Source: Candidatus Dadabacteria bacterium
Lineage (GTDB): Bacteria; Desulfobacterota_D; UBA1144; Nemesobacterales; Nemesobacteraceae
Direction: 5' to 3'
DNA length: 64,000 nt
NCBI GenBank assembly: GCA_022822065.1
Contig: JAJECI010000009.1
Span: forward strand, 1,340 to 65,339
The position numbers and the translations under genes were made by a program. This document shows, piece by piece, positions 1 through 9,986 of this stretch (within the stretch, counting starts at the first letter, position 1; each line of letters starts with the position of its first letter). The notes below the pieces were generated by a model. That model had not been told where the DNA came from. It was given only the letters and a program-made list of their open reading frames with translations, and did no database searches.

Positions 1-318
1 GTCCTCTCTCGTTCTGTCCAAGTCCTTCTGCTTTTTTTCTATGGTCTCGGCGAGGTTTCTTCTTTTGGTCTCGCTCATAACCGCTCCGTTTTGTATCACG
101 TCCTGCCTCATGTCCTCAAGAGCCTTTCTTTTCTGATCTATCACGGCCCTTTTGGATTCAACCTCCTTCTGGAACGAAACATTGGCGGCCTTCCCGGCCT
201 TTGAATCCCTGATAACCTGCTTAATATCTATGTAAGCTATCTTCTGCTGAGCGTAAGCAGAGAAAGAAAACGCAAACAACATGAAAAATCCGGTAGCAAG
301 CAACAAACATCTTTTCAT
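1..318 (-). CDS. skp: OmpH/Skp-family periplasmic chaperone (N-terminal part; gene runs off the window start)
   Basis: My own minus-strand translation from the ATG at 318 gives MKRCLLLATGFFMLFAFSFSAYAQQKIAYIDIKQVIRDSKAGKAAN... This is a signal peptide followed by a Lys/Glu-rich coiled-coil region. The gene sits directly downstream of bamA, the canonical arrangement. It is absent from the ORF track because the window edge truncates it. Confidence 0.7.
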   Translation of the reverse strand, partial: MKRCLLLATGFFMLFAFSFSAYAQQKIAYIDIKQVIRDSKAGKAANVSFQKEVESKRAVIDQKRKALEDMRQDVIQNGAVMSETKRRNLAETIEKKQKDLDRTRED

Positions 319-355
319 TTAATCCAATGCCTCCTTAAAGAAATAGACTGCCTGA

Positions 356-2674
356 TCAGAACAAATTGCCAACTGTAAACTGTACTTCATATTTCTGCTC
401 ATCCGGAAGCCTATCACCTATCGGGAATCCGATATCAAGCTTCATCGGCCCCAGAGGAGATATCCACCTGAGACCGAAACCGGCATCCTTTCTGAGGTTC
501 GAAGGATTAAGGCTGAACTCATTCTCGTCAAAGGCATTACCTATATCAAAGAAAGCCACGGCCTTAAGACCGACAGTTTTGCTTAATGGGACAACAAAGT
601 CAAGTGACGCCAGAACCTGCTGAACGCCGCCAATTATAACGTAACCCCCCGTTTCCGTAGGCCTTCTGGGACCCACCCTCCTGTAGCGGAAACCTCTCAG
701 CGTGTTCGGACCGCCGAGAAAGAACCTCTCCTCAACGACAAGATCATCGCCAGCATCTATGAGATGCAGGAGCCCGTAATACGCCTTTGCGGCGAAATAT
801 GTATCTTTCCAGAACGGAATCCAGGATTTGGCCGTGGCGTTGTACTTTATAAACTCGGTGTTGCCCGCAAAAAGCCCGGCGTACTCAACCGACGTACTCA
901 GAAGAACCCCCTTCGTGGGATCGAGATAATTGTTTCTTTTATCCCAAGACATCCCTACCCCGGTCGAAACTACAGTTCTCTCCGTTTCGGACAGGACGAG
1001 CTGCGCATCCCCCCGGACATTGTGCACGTCCTGTTTTGAGAATTCCTGGAAAACCCGGACTTGGAAATATCTCTTTATCCTTCTTCCCACTCCCAAAGAA
1101 ATACCCCTGGATGCTCTCTCAAAATCCCTGTAATCTCTGTCATGGGCATACATGCTGACGTCCAGGAGCCAGTTGGTACCGAAAAAATACGGATCCCGGT
1201 AGTTAAGACTTAAGACCTTGGTTACGCCTCCGATCTGGGCATCCAGAGAAAGGGTTTTGCCGTATCCGAAAAGATTGGATTCCTGTATCTGGCCCGCAAA
1301 AAGAAAATTCTCCACGGAACTCACTCCTCCGCCGAAGCTGAAAAATCCGGTAGGACGTTCCTCGACCTTTATGTCGACGTCCAGAAGATCCTCCGTTCCC
1401 TCAACCCTGTGAGTCAGCACCTCAACGTTGTCCTCAAAGTAACCGAGGCGAGTAGCCTCGTAGCGGGCAGCTTTTAGCTTGGAGACGCTGTATAGGCTTT
1501 GCTCCTGAAGTGAAAGTTCCCTTCTTATAACATGATCTCTGGTCCTGGTGTTATCCAGAATATTTATGCTTCTTATGTATACTTCCTCGCCTTTTTCAAT
1601 CGAGTAATCGACGCTGACAAGGTTTTCCTGCTTATCAAGCCGCACATCAGGAGTTACGTTAGCAAAAGCATATCCCTTGTCCCCGTAGAAATCGGTTATT
1701 CTCCCGATATCGGCCTGAAGAACGAAACTGCTGAAGACAGAGTCCGGCAGGAGTTTGAGTTTCGGGCGGATTTCATCCTGATCTCCAGCCAAGTCCCCGG
1801 AGAAAGTTATCCTGGATACCTTGTACTGAACCCCTTCTTCTATCGAGAAGCTCACCACGTAGCCGTCTTTTTCCTCATCGTAGCGAATTCTAGGTTCAGA
1901 AACCCTTATGTCAAGATATCCGTTATCAATGTAGACTGCCTTTATTCTGTCGGAATCCCTGTTTATCTCTTCAATTTTGAAAAGCCCCCTCTTCGTTATA
2001 AAAGAGAGAAGATATTTGGGCTTTGAATACATGTTTTTTCTGATCTTCTTCGCTTCGATTTTGCTGTTTCCGAGAAGCTCGACCTCTTTTATGTATTTTC
2101 TGTCTCCCTCATCAATTCTGTAAACAACATCAATGACTCCGTCTCCCCTGGGTTCGATCTCGTATTCGACCTCAGTCCCAACCAAACCCTTCTCGGAAGC
2201 AAGGGCAAGTATTATCTCTCTGCCTTCCGTTATCTTCCTCAGGCTTACGATGCGTCCTTCCCTGAATGCCACAGCTTCCTTTATGTCATCTTCTTTCAGC
2301 TTGTCGTTTCCGGAAAGCTTAAGGTCTGCGAGTATCGGGTTCTCTTCAACGATAAATTCAACCCTTAGACCACCTTCAATTGGCTTAACGTCAAGAAGAA
2401 CCTGCTGGAAGAAATCAAGCTTGTATATTCTTTTCAGATCCTCTTTTACGACCCGCGGGGAATACTCATCGCCCTGCTTGGTCTCTATATTGAGATCTAT
2501 AAGGGAGGTTTCGGTTCTCCGGTTGCCTGAGATCACCACCTCGGCGACTTTACCCTCGAAGGACTGGGACTCCGCTGCAGCGGAGCGGTCCTGCGCCATG
2601 GACCCCACAGTCGGAAACATCACAGCAACAAGAAAAATGGCGAAGTAAAACACGAAACCCTTACGCATCAGCAA
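356..2674 (-). CDS. bamA: Outer membrane protein assembly factor BamA (Omp85 family)
   Basis: 772-aa ORF with a signal peptide, POTRA-like repeats and a C-terminal beta-barrel ending in the aromatic terminus ...FTVGNLF. It is flanked by lol genes and skp on the same strand. Confidence 0.9.
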   Translation of the reverse strand: MLMRKGFVFYFAIFLVAVMFPTVGSMAQDRSAAAESQSFEGKVAEVVISGNRRTETSLIDLNIETKQGDEYSPRVVKEDLKRIYKLDFFQQVLLDVKPIEGGLRVEFIVEENPILADLKLSGNDKLKEDDIKEAVAFREGRIVSLRKITEGREIILALASEKGLVGTEVEYEIEPRGDGVIDVVYRIDEGDRKYIKEVELLGNSKIEAKKIRKNMYSKPKYLLSFITKRGLFKIEEINRDSDRIKAVYIDNGYLDIRVSEPRIRYDEEKDGYVVSFSIEEGVQYKVSRITFSGDLAGDQDEIRPKLKLLPDSVFSSFVLQADIGRITDFYGDKGYAFANVTPDVRLDKQENLVSVDYSIEKGEEVYIRSINILDNTRTRDHVIRRELSLQEQSLYSVSKLKAARYEATRLGYFEDNVEVLTHRVEGTEDLLDVDIKVEERPTGFFSFGGGVSSVENFLFAGQIQESNLFGYGKTLSLDAQIGGVTKVLSLNYRDPYFFGTNWLLDVSMYAHDRDYRDFERASRGISLGVGRRIKRYFQVRVFQEFSKQDVHNVRGDAQLVLSETERTVVSTGVGMSWDKRNNYLDPTKGVLLSTSVEYAGLFAGNTEFIKYNATAKSWIPFWKDTYFAAKAYYGLLHLIDAGDDLVVEERFFLGGPNTLRGFRYRRVGPRRPTETGGYVIIGGVQQVLASLDFVVPLSKTVGLKAVAFFDIGNAFDENEFSLNPSNLRKDAGFGLRWISPLGPMKLDIGFPIGDRLPDEQKYEVQFTVGNLF

Positions 2675-3341
2675 CCATCCCGTCCGATATTCTAACAGTT
2701 TTTTTCATTCTCTCCGCAAACTCGCTGTTGTGCGTCACCATAACAACCGTAACTCCGTAATCCTCGTTCAGCCTGCAGAACAGATCAAGAACCGAGAATC
2801 CTGTTTTCTTATCGAGATTCCCGGTGGGTTCATCGGCGAGTATCACCTTAGGTTCCCTGATCATTGATCTGGCAACCGCCACTCGCTGCTGTTCTCCCCC
2901 GGAAAGCTCTCCTGGAAGATGGTCGAAACGCTCAGAAAGTCCCACCCTCTCAAGCACCTCACAAGCCTTTTGTCTCGCTACGGCGAGACTCTGTCTGTCT
3001 ATAAGACACGGCATCATAACGTTTTCAAGTGCCGTGAACTCCATAAGAAGGTAATGAAATTGAAAAATAAATCCAATTTCCGAGTTTCTGAAAACCGAGA
3101 GTTCTTCTTCATCTTGGCTGAAAATATCCTTCCCCCGGTAGAAAACAGAACCTTCCGTCGGGGGCTCAAGAGTGCCGAGTATGTGAAGGAGGGTGCTTTT
3201 CCCTGAACCAGATACCCCGACAACCCCGAGAGTCTCTCCGGCAGAAATATCCATATTCACTCCGCCGAGAGCGCGCACGCTGCTGCCCGACTTGCTGAAA
3301 ACCTTTCCAAGCCCCCTGACCTTGTAAAGCGGCTCACTCAT
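2661..3341 (-). CDS. lolD: Lipoprotein-releasing system ATP-binding protein (LolD/MacB-type ABC ATPase)
   Basis: Walker A GVSGSGKST, ABC signature LSGGEQQR and Walker B ILADEPT. It overlaps the upstream FtsX-type permease gene. Confidence 0.8.
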   Translation of the reverse strand: MSEPLYKVRGLGKVFSKSGSSVRALGGVNMDISAGETLGVVGVSGSGKSTLLHILGTLEPPTEGSVFYRGKDIFSQDEEELSVFRNSEIGFIFQFHYLLMEFTALENVMMPCLIDRQSLAVARQKACEVLERVGLSERFDHLPGELSGGEQQRVAVARSMIREPKVILADEPTGNLDKKTGFSVLDLFCRLNEDYGVTVVMVTHNSEFAERMKKTVRISDGMVADA

Positions 3342-4629
3342 ATCTCAATGACTCCACGGGGTTTTCTCTCGAAGCCCTGTAAGACGGGTAGAGAGTCGCA
3401 AGAAAGCATATAAGCAGGCTTGATACCGCCACAACGAGAAAATAAACCGGCTCTATCCTAACAGGAAATTCGGAAATAGGGTACACATTATCATCAAACG
3501 GAATCGCTTCCTTTATAAAATTGCTGGTCTCAAGAAAGCGACAGATAAGGTATCCGAAGAGCGTGCCGAGAAGTGTCCCGACGGTACCTATTATCATTCC
3601 GTCGTAAACGAATATTTTTCTGATGCCGCTTTTGCGAGCTCCCATGGATATGAGCACGGCTATGTCCCTTTTTTTCTCCATAACGAGCATTGTAAGCGTG
3701 CTGACTATATTCAAGGCGGCGACAAGAACTATAAACCCGAGGAATATTCCTATCGCCATTCTCTCAAGGCGAAGCGCCCTGAAAAGGCTTCTGTTCGAGT
3801 CCTCCCAGTTCTTCGCGTAGAAAGGATAGCCAAGAGTTTCTGTGATCCTCTTCCCCGTTTCGCGCGCCCGGTATATGTCATCCACCCTGACCTCTATGCC
3901 CGTTATCCTGCTTTGGGTTTCGAAGAAATTCATGGCATCCTCAAGCGACACGTAGGCGGTAGACGAATCGTATTCAATCATGCCGTAATCAAAAACTCCT
4001 ATCACGCCGAATTTCCTTATCTTGGCCGTCGGGCCGAAAGGACCGATCTTTCCGTAAGGAGAAACCAGATTGAGGGTATCCCCGATTCCTGCGCCGATCA
4101 GATTCGAGAGTTCCCTGCCTATGATGATCGGAGGGTGGCCGGAAGCAGTTTCGTGCAGAAGTCCCGAAATAATCCGGGCGCCTTCATCGGAGAGAGTGTC
4201 ACGGTTCTTGCCCGTCTCCGGCAAGCTGCCTTTTCCCACAGCTTCGGCCACGGCGGCAACCGAGGCTGAATTGTTCGGGTCTATCCCCCTTACGACGGAA
4301 CCTGAGACAGCATATTCCGTGACAAGCATTCCTTGGTTGTAAATAAATGGACTTGTCGAGGTTACGCCCGGAATCTGCGCAAGTTTCCCCTCCACCTCCG
4401 CGAAATCTCCGAAATCTCCTTCGTAGCTCATTATGACTACGTGGGAACTCGCGCCGATTATCTTGTCCCTGAGTTCATCCTCAAACCCCTTCATCACCGA
4501 GAGCACCACGTCAAGCGAAGCCACTCCCAGGAAAACGCCCAGAATGGAGATAAGGCCGATCAGGGAGAGAAAACCACGCCCAGTTCCCGATTTCAGGTAC
4601 CTAAGGGAGATTAACGATTCGTAGCTCAT
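3334..4629 (-). CDS. Lipoprotein-releasing system permease (LolC/LolE, FtsX/MacB-type)
   Basis: 431 aa with an N-terminal TM helix, a large periplasmic domain and a C-terminal three-TM FtsX module. It is coupled to lolD. Confidence 0.75.
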   Translation of the reverse strand: MSYESLISLRYLKSGTGRGFLSLIGLISILGVFLGVASLDVVLSVMKGFEDELRDKIIGASSHVVIMSYEGDFGDFAEVEGKLAQIPGVTSTSPFIYNQGMLVTEYAVSGSVVRGIDPNNSASVAAVAEAVGKGSLPETGKNRDTLSDEGARIISGLLHETASGHPPIIIGRELSNLIGAGIGDTLNLVSPYGKIGPFGPTAKIRKFGVIGVFDYGMIEYDSSTAYVSLEDAMNFFETQSRITGIEVRVDDIYRARETGKRITETLGYPFYAKNWEDSNRSLFRALRLERMAIGIFLGFIVLVAALNIVSTLTMLVMEKKRDIAVLISMGARKSGIRKIFVYDGMIIGTVGTLLGTLFGYLICRFLETSNFIKEAIPFDDNVYPISEFPVRIEPVYFLVVAVSSLLICFLATLYPSYRASRENPVESLRYE

Positions 4630-4630
4630 A

Positions 4631-6091
4631 CTAAGGTCTGAGGTGAGGGAAGAAAATAACTTCTCTTATGGAAGAGGAGTTGGTAAGCAGCATCACAAGA
4701 CGGTCGATCCCTATACCGGCTCCGGCCGTGGGGGGCATTCCGTACTCAAGGGCCGACACGTAGTCATTATCCATTTCATGATATTCTTCCTCGCCCTTTT
4801 TCTTCATCTCGACCTGGTCCGTGAACCGTTTTTTCTGATCAATCGGGTCGTTAAGCTCAGAAAAAGCGTTGGCTATCTCCCTTCCGTAGATGTAAAGCTC
4901 GAATCTGTCAACCACTTCGGGATCATCGTCGTTTTTTCTGGCAAGCGGGGAGACATCAAGCGGGAAACCGTAAACAAAAGTCGGGTTAATTAGACTGTCT
5001 TCGAAAAGCGCCTCGAAAATCTCCGTGAGAGCTTTCCCCTTGATTCCGTTATGGTTTATTCCCATGGAATCGGCCTTTGCGAAAAGAAACTGGTCATCTT
5101 CTGTTATTTCGGAACCGAATTTCTCCCGCAGGGCCTCGTATATGTTAATTCTCTTCCAAGGTCTCTTGAAGTCTATCTTCTTGTCTTCGTACTCAACCGA
5201 CATGTCTCCGGCCGTGTTTTCCACCACGTAGCAGACAAGCTCCTCTATGAGATTCATAAGGTCTTCGTAGGTCGCGTAGGCCTGGTAGAACTCAATCATG
5301 GTGAATTCCGGGTTGTGCTTAGTGGAAACCCCTTCGTTTCTGAAAGTCCTTCCAAGTTCATAAACTCTTTCAAGTCCTCCGACGACAAGTCGCTTCAGGT
5401 AAAGTTCGGGAGCTATCCTCAGGTAAAGGTCCATGTCAAGGGCGTTGTGATGAGTAACAAAAGGTTTCGCGGTCGCACCTCCGGCAATCGGGTGAAGCAC
5501 CGGGGTCTCCACCTCCAGGAAATCCCTTTCGTCAAGAAACCTCCTGATGAGGTTTATCACCTTTGACCTTGTCTTGAAAATCTCCTTGGTTCTCTGGTTA
5601 GCAATGAGATCCAGATAACGCTGGCGGTATCTTAGCTCAACATCCTGGAGACCGTGCCATTTTTCAGGAAGCGGCCTCAGGGCCTTTGCGAGGAAAAAAA
5701 GTTCCCGGATCCTCACCGTAAGCTCCCCGGTCTTGGTTTTAAAAAGTTCTCCGCGTACGCCGGCGAAATCCCCTACGTCAAGCAGTTTGCGAAACAGCGT
5801 AAAGGTTTTCTCGTCAATGGAGTTTTTCTGTATAAACGCCTGAATCCGCCCCGTGCGGTCAGACAGATGAAAAAAAGCGCTTTTTCCGAAATCCCTCTTT
5901 GAAACAACTCTTCCGGCCAAGCTGAAGAGCTCTTCCATCTGTTCAAGTTCTTCAGGAGACTTCGAAGCGTGCAGAGAGGCCAGTTCTCCGGCGGTATGCT
6001 CCGGGGTAAAATCGTTTGCGTAAGGGTCAATGCCCATTGCCCTCAGCTCTTCGAGCTTCGATTTTCTTAGTTCAAACTGCTTATCTTCCAT
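4631..6091 (-). CDS. lysS: Lysine--tRNA ligase (class II)
   Basis: 486 aa with an N-terminal OB anticodon-binding region and class II core motifs ([35 protein letters not shown]). Confidence 0.92.
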   Translation of the reverse strand: MEDKQFELRKSKLEELRAMGIDPYANDFTPEHTAGELASLHASKSPEELEQMEELFSLAGRVVSKRDFGKSAFFHLSDRTGRIQAFIQKNSIDEKTFTLFRKLLDVGDFAGVRGELFKTKTGELTVRIRELFFLAKALRPLPEKWHGLQDVELRYRQRYLDLIANQRTKEIFKTRSKVINLIRRFLDERDFLEVETPVLHPIAGGATAKPFVTHHNALDMDLYLRIAPELYLKRLVVGGLERVYELGRTFRNEGVSTKHNPEFTMIEFYQAYATYEDLMNLIEELVCYVVENTAGDMSVEYEDKKIDFKRPWKRINIYEALREKFGSEITEDDQFLFAKADSMGINHNGIKGKALTEIFEALFEDSLINPTFVYGFPLDVSPLARKNDDDPEVVDRFELYIYGREIANAFSELNDPIDQKKRFTDQVEMKKKGEEEYHEMDNDYVSALEYGMPPTAGAGIGIDRLVMLLTNSSSIREVIFFPHLRP

Positions 6092-6136
6092 TGGGTTGGA
6101 ACCGCCTGCCTGTTGGTCTGCGCAAGAAAATAAAAC

Positions 6137-7417
6137 CTAGTTACTACTGAAAACAACCTTTCCCGAAACTATCGTATTGCTTACCACCCCTTTAAGCTCC
6201 CAGCCGGAAAACGGGGTGTTCCTACTTTTTGAGAAAAACTCCTCAGGGTTTATCGTACGACTCATGCCGGGATCGAAAACCACGAGATCGGCGATTGAAC
6301 CCGGGGCAAGTGTCCCTCTTTCTATCCCCACTATTTCGGAAGGAACGACGGTAAGTTTTTTTATCATCTCATCTAGGGTAATGATCCCTTTTTCCACAAG
6401 CTCAAGCGAAAGCGAGAGGGCGGTTTCAAGACCCACTATGCCGAAGGGAGCCAGGTCGAATTCAACGTTTTTCTCATCCTGACTGTGAGGGGCATGATCC
6501 GTTGCTATCACGTCAATTGTTCCATCGGCAATGCCTTCTAGTATAGCGTCCACGTCTTCCTGGGTCCTAAGCGGCGGATTCATCTTGGAATCGGTCTTGT
6601 AACCATATACTTCCTTGTCCGTGAGAGTGAAATGGTGAGGAGTCGCCTCCGCCGTAACCTTCGCGCCTCTTTTCTTCGCTGCCCGAACGAGCCTTACCGA
6701 ACCCTTGGTGGAAACATGGCAAATATGAAGAGGAGTGCCCGTGAGCTCGCAGAGAATTATGTCCCTGACCACCCCGACCTCCTCAGAAGCGGCGGGAATT
6801 CCCCGAAGGCCAAGTTCGGTTGAAACGAAACCCTCGTTCATAACGCCGCCAGCTGAAAGCCCTATGTCTTCTGCGTGCGTGATAACCGGAATCCCGAAAG
6901 GTCTTACGTATTCCATGGCCTTTCGCATAAGTCCCGAGTCAGTGACCGGCATCCCGTCGTCGGAAATCGCCACGCACCCGGCTTCGCACATCTCGCCTAT
7001 GTCGGCAAGTTCCTCTCCCTTCTCCCCCTTGGTTATCGCACCTATGGGAAACACGTTGACTACGCCTTCCGTTCTCGCTTTTAGGAGTATGTACTCGGTC
7101 ACCGACGCATTGTCGTTTATGGGGTTCGTGTTGGGCATGCACACTATGGAGGTAAAACCGCCCGCGGCGGCGGCAAGACAACCCGTCTTTATCGTCTCCT
7201 TGTGCTCATATCCCGGCTCTCTTAGATGTACGTGAATATCTACGAGCCCCGGGGCCACAACCTGCCCGCTTGCGTCTATTACGGTGTCTGACTTGCGCGG
7301 GGTGTCTATGCGTTTTGATATTTCCTTCACCCTGTCTCCCTGGACATATATGTCCGAGACCATGTCAAGTGACTGTGAAGGATCAATAACGCGCCCGTTT
7401 TTAATGAGCACTCCCAT
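6137..7417 (-). CDS. pyrC: Dihydroorotase
   Basis: 426 aa with the metal-binding motif DIHVHLREPG and the ATDHAPH motif. It abuts pyrB. Confidence 0.9.
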   Translation of the reverse strand: MGVLIKNGRVIDPSQSLDMVSDIYVQGDRVKEISKRIDTPRKSDTVIDASGQVVAPGLVDIHVHLREPGYEHKETIKTGCLAAAAGGFTSIVCMPNTNPINDNASVTEYILLKARTEGVVNVFPIGAITKGEKGEELADIGEMCEAGCVAISDDGMPVTDSGLMRKAMEYVRPFGIPVITHAEDIGLSAGGVMNEGFVSTELGLRGIPAASEEVGVVRDIILCELTGTPLHICHVSTKGSVRLVRAAKKRGAKVTAEATPHHFTLTDKEVYGYKTDSKMNPPLRTQEDVDAILEGIADGTIDVIATDHAPHSQDEKNVEFDLAPFGIVGLETALSLSLELVEKGIITLDEMIKKLTVVPSEIVGIERGTLAPGSIADLVVFDPGMSRTINPEEFFSKSRNTPFSGWELKGVVSNTIVSGKVVFSSN

Positions 7418-8344
7418 CTATAAGCTCTCTCCCAAGGCAACAAGATATATCATGGCCATTCTCACGGCAATTCCGTTTGCCACCTGCTCAAGTATAACGG
7501 CGTCCGGGTCATCGGCTATCTCCGAAGTAAGCTCAACTCCCCGGTTGATCGGACCCGGATGCATCACTATCACATCTTTTTTCGCAAGCCTGAGTTTCTC
7601 TCTGGTTAGTCCGTAAAGCCCCGAGTATTCCCTAAGCGACGGGAAGTACTCAAGGGTCTTTCTCTCGCTCTGAACCCGCAGCATTATCACCACGTCCACA
7701 TTTTCAATGGCGTGTTCAAGCGAATAAAAGATCTCCGCTCCCATCTCGCTGAAATATTCGGGAACTATGGTTGCCGGTCCGACTATCCTCACGTTCGCCC
7801 CCAGTTTGCGGAGGCCGAAGATGTTGGATCTGGCGACCCTGCTGTTGAGAATATCCCCGACAATAAGGACATTGAGACCCTCGATCCTCCCTTTTTTCTC
7901 CCTTATGGTGAAAATGTCTATAAGGGCCTGGCTCGGATGCTCGTGGGAACCGTCTCCGGCGTTTATTACCGAGGCGGTTATCTCGCGGGCAAGGACAAAA
8001 GGCGCGCCGGACATCCCGTGCCTTATGACCATTATGCTCGCGCCCATGGCCTCGAAGTTCCTGGCCGTGTCCACAAGGCTCTCGCCCTTTACCACGCTGC
8101 TTTGCGAAGCGGAAAAATTCAGAACATCGGCACTGAGCCTTTTCTCCGCGATTTCAAACGACGAGCGGGTTCTGGTGCTGGGTTCGAAAAAGAGGTTGAC
8201 CACTGTCCTTCCCTTAAGGGTCGGGACTTTCTTTACGTCCCGGGTGGAAATCTCCTTCATGGACTCCGCGGTGTCGAGAATGATTTTAATTTCCTCGGCC
8301 GAGAGTTCCCCAAGACCCAGAATGTGCTTTTTATCAAACGCCAT
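7418..8344 (-). CDS. pyrB: Aspartate carbamoyltransferase catalytic subunit
   Basis: 308 aa with FFEPSTRTR (carbamoyl-phosphate site), HEHPSQAL and MHPGPINRG motifs. Confidence 0.92.
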   Translation of the reverse strand: MAFDKKHILGLGELSAEEIKIILDTAESMKEISTRDVKKVPTLKGRTVVNLFFEPSTRTRSSFEIAEKRLSADVLNFSASQSSVVKGESLVDTARNFEAMGASIMVIRHGMSGAPFVLAREITASVINAGDGSHEHPSQALIDIFTIREKKGRIEGLNVLIVGDILNSRVARSNIFGLRKLGANVRIVGPATIVPEYFSEMGAEIFYSLEHAIENVDVVIMLRVQSERKTLEYFPSLREYSGLYGLTREKLRLAKKDVIVMHPGPINRGVELTSEIADDPDAVILEQVANGIAVRMAMIYLVALGESL

Positions 8345-8885
8345 TTTTTCGGGTTATCTCGATTTCCTCCCTTCCGTCCACTTCTTCCAGGTAAACGTTG
8401 ACCATCTCGTCGTCTAACGTTTCGATGCTGATTCCCGCGTAGTCGGGCTGCACGGGGAGTTCCCTTCCCCCCCTGTCCACGAGCACGGCCAGCTTGACCG
8501 AGGCCGGCCTTCCGTAGTCCATGATTGAATTTATGGCGGCCCGCACAGTGCGCCCCGTGTAGAGGACATCATCAACAAGTATTATGTTTTTCCCCTGCAC
8601 GTCGTTGGGGATGCTGGTTCTGCGCAGTCGCGGCCAGTTTTTCCTGTTCTCGAAATCATCCCTGTAGAGAGTGATATCGATCGTTCCAAAAGTAACGTCC
8701 TTTCCGGTCCGCTCGCTTATGCGCTCAACGAGCCTCTTGCCCAGATACTCCCCTCTTGTCTTTATTCCTATGACAATAAGGCTGCTTAGCCTCTCGGGCG
8801 GTATGTCGTCTATGATCCCGGAGAAAAAACTTTCGGCCCTGTCCTCAATCGGCTGTATTTTTTTCTTAGTCTCCATAATCCGCAA
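8334..8885 (-). CDS. pyrR: Bifunctional pyrimidine operon regulator / uracil phosphoribosyltransferase PyrR
   Basis: 183 aa with the PRTase motif IILVDDVLYTGRT and the PyrR-like segment TIDITLYRDD. It is the first gene of the pyrR-pyrB-pyrC array. Confidence 0.85.
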   Translation of the reverse strand: MRIMETKKKIQPIEDRAESFFSGIIDDIPPERLSSLIVIGIKTRGEYLGKRLVERISERTGKDVTFGTIDITLYRDDFENRKNWPRLRRTSIPNDVQGKNIILVDDVLYTGRTVRAAINSIMDYGRPASVKLAVLVDRGGRELPVQPDYAGISIETLDDEMVNVYLEEVDGREEIEITRKNGV

Positions 8886-9002
8886 AGAGGATACACCGTA
8901 GAGCGGTTATTGAAAGCAGATTTTCCGCGTAGCGGGAATTGCCCGTAACTGTGTCCGCTGAAAATGCCCTAACACCGTTTTTCCGAAAAACAATCGGCAA
9001 GC

Positions 9003-9953
9003 TCATTCGATTCCCGAAAAAATTCTATGCCACCTTACCTTATCCGCAAAACCCGGGTTAGAGAGATTCCACGACCAGTGAATCATAAACGCCTTGCCGT
9101 AAACATTTTCCACCGGCACGAATCCCCAGAACCTGCTGTCGTAACTGTTGTCCCTGTTGTCGCCCATGACGAAAACCCTGCCATTGGGAACAACAAGGGG
9201 AAAGCTCATTTTTCCGCTCGTCGTGGAACCGCTTCCCTTTTTATATATAACGCCGAAATTTTTTCCGGAAAGCGACTGCTCGTACCTGTCGGCAACAGAA
9301 AAGAATTTCTGGTCCGGATACTCGTAATTCCCGGTGTAGGTCTGCTCCACGGCTCTGCCGTTTATAAGGACGTCCCTGCCGCTTATGTCTATTTCATCCC
9401 CGGCAATGCCCACGGCTCTTTTTACGTAGAAAGCCCCTTTACCGGGCATGGGAAAATCCGTTGCATTATCTTCGCTGAGCTTGAAGACCACGATGTCGCC
9501 GCGGTCAATTTCGGAGAAGGGAAAAAATATCTCGTTGGTAAAAGGAATCCTTGTTCCGTAGACGAACTTGTTTATCAGTATATGATCACCCACAAGAAGG
9601 GTCGGAAGCATTGAACCCGAAGGAATCTTGAAGGGCTGAATCACGAAGGCCCTTATGGCCAGAGCGAGAGCTACCGCTATCACTATGGCTTCTGCGTTCT
9701 GCCGCAGAGCGGATTTGCCGTAGGACCTGAGATTGTCCTCAAAAAAAATCCGAAGGGCTTTCCTTGACGCCCTTATTTCGTGCAGGGACCCTCGTTCTAT
9801 GGCTTCTTCACAGGCAAGTATCCTTACCTCGGCGTGATCGGCTTCCCTGGGGGCCATGAATCCCCCTTTTTTCCTTATGATCCACTTTACGGTACGTATA
9901 AGCTTCCTCGAACTTCTTATGGCAAGCTTTTTTTTGATCCAGGTTACAATCAT
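9003..9953 (-). CDS. lepB: Signal peptidase I
   Basis: Catalytic Ser box IPSGSMLPTL, the Lys box (YVKRAVG) and GDNRDNSYDSRFWG. The start is uncertain because the N-terminal extension is long; M33 is an alternative. Confidence 0.85.
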   Translation of the reverse strand: MIVTWIKKKLAIRSSRKLIRTVKWIIRKKGGFMAPREADHAEVRILACEEAIERGSLHEIRASRKALRIFFEDNLRSYGKSALRQNAEAIVIAVALALAIRAFVIQPFKIPSGSMLPTLLVGDHILINKFVYGTRIPFTNEIFFPFSEIDRGDIVVFKLSEDNATDFPMPGKGAFYVKRAVGIAGDEIDISGRDVLINGRAVEQTYTGNYEYPDQKFFSVADRYEQSLSGKNFGVIYKKGSGSTTSGKMSFPLVVPNGRVFVMGDNRDNSYDSRFWGFVPVENVYGKAFMIHWSWNLSNPGFADKVRWHRIFSGIE

Positions 9954-9986
9954 GGCAAAAATGTCCGAACGCGCGCGAATGCCGTT

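Noticed and set aside
8886-9002. I looked for a PyrR-binding attenuator (conserved UCCAGAGAGG-type loop with terminator/antiterminator) upstream of pyrR.
   Set aside because: No matching binding loop and no convincing terminator hairpin are present in the 117-nt leader.
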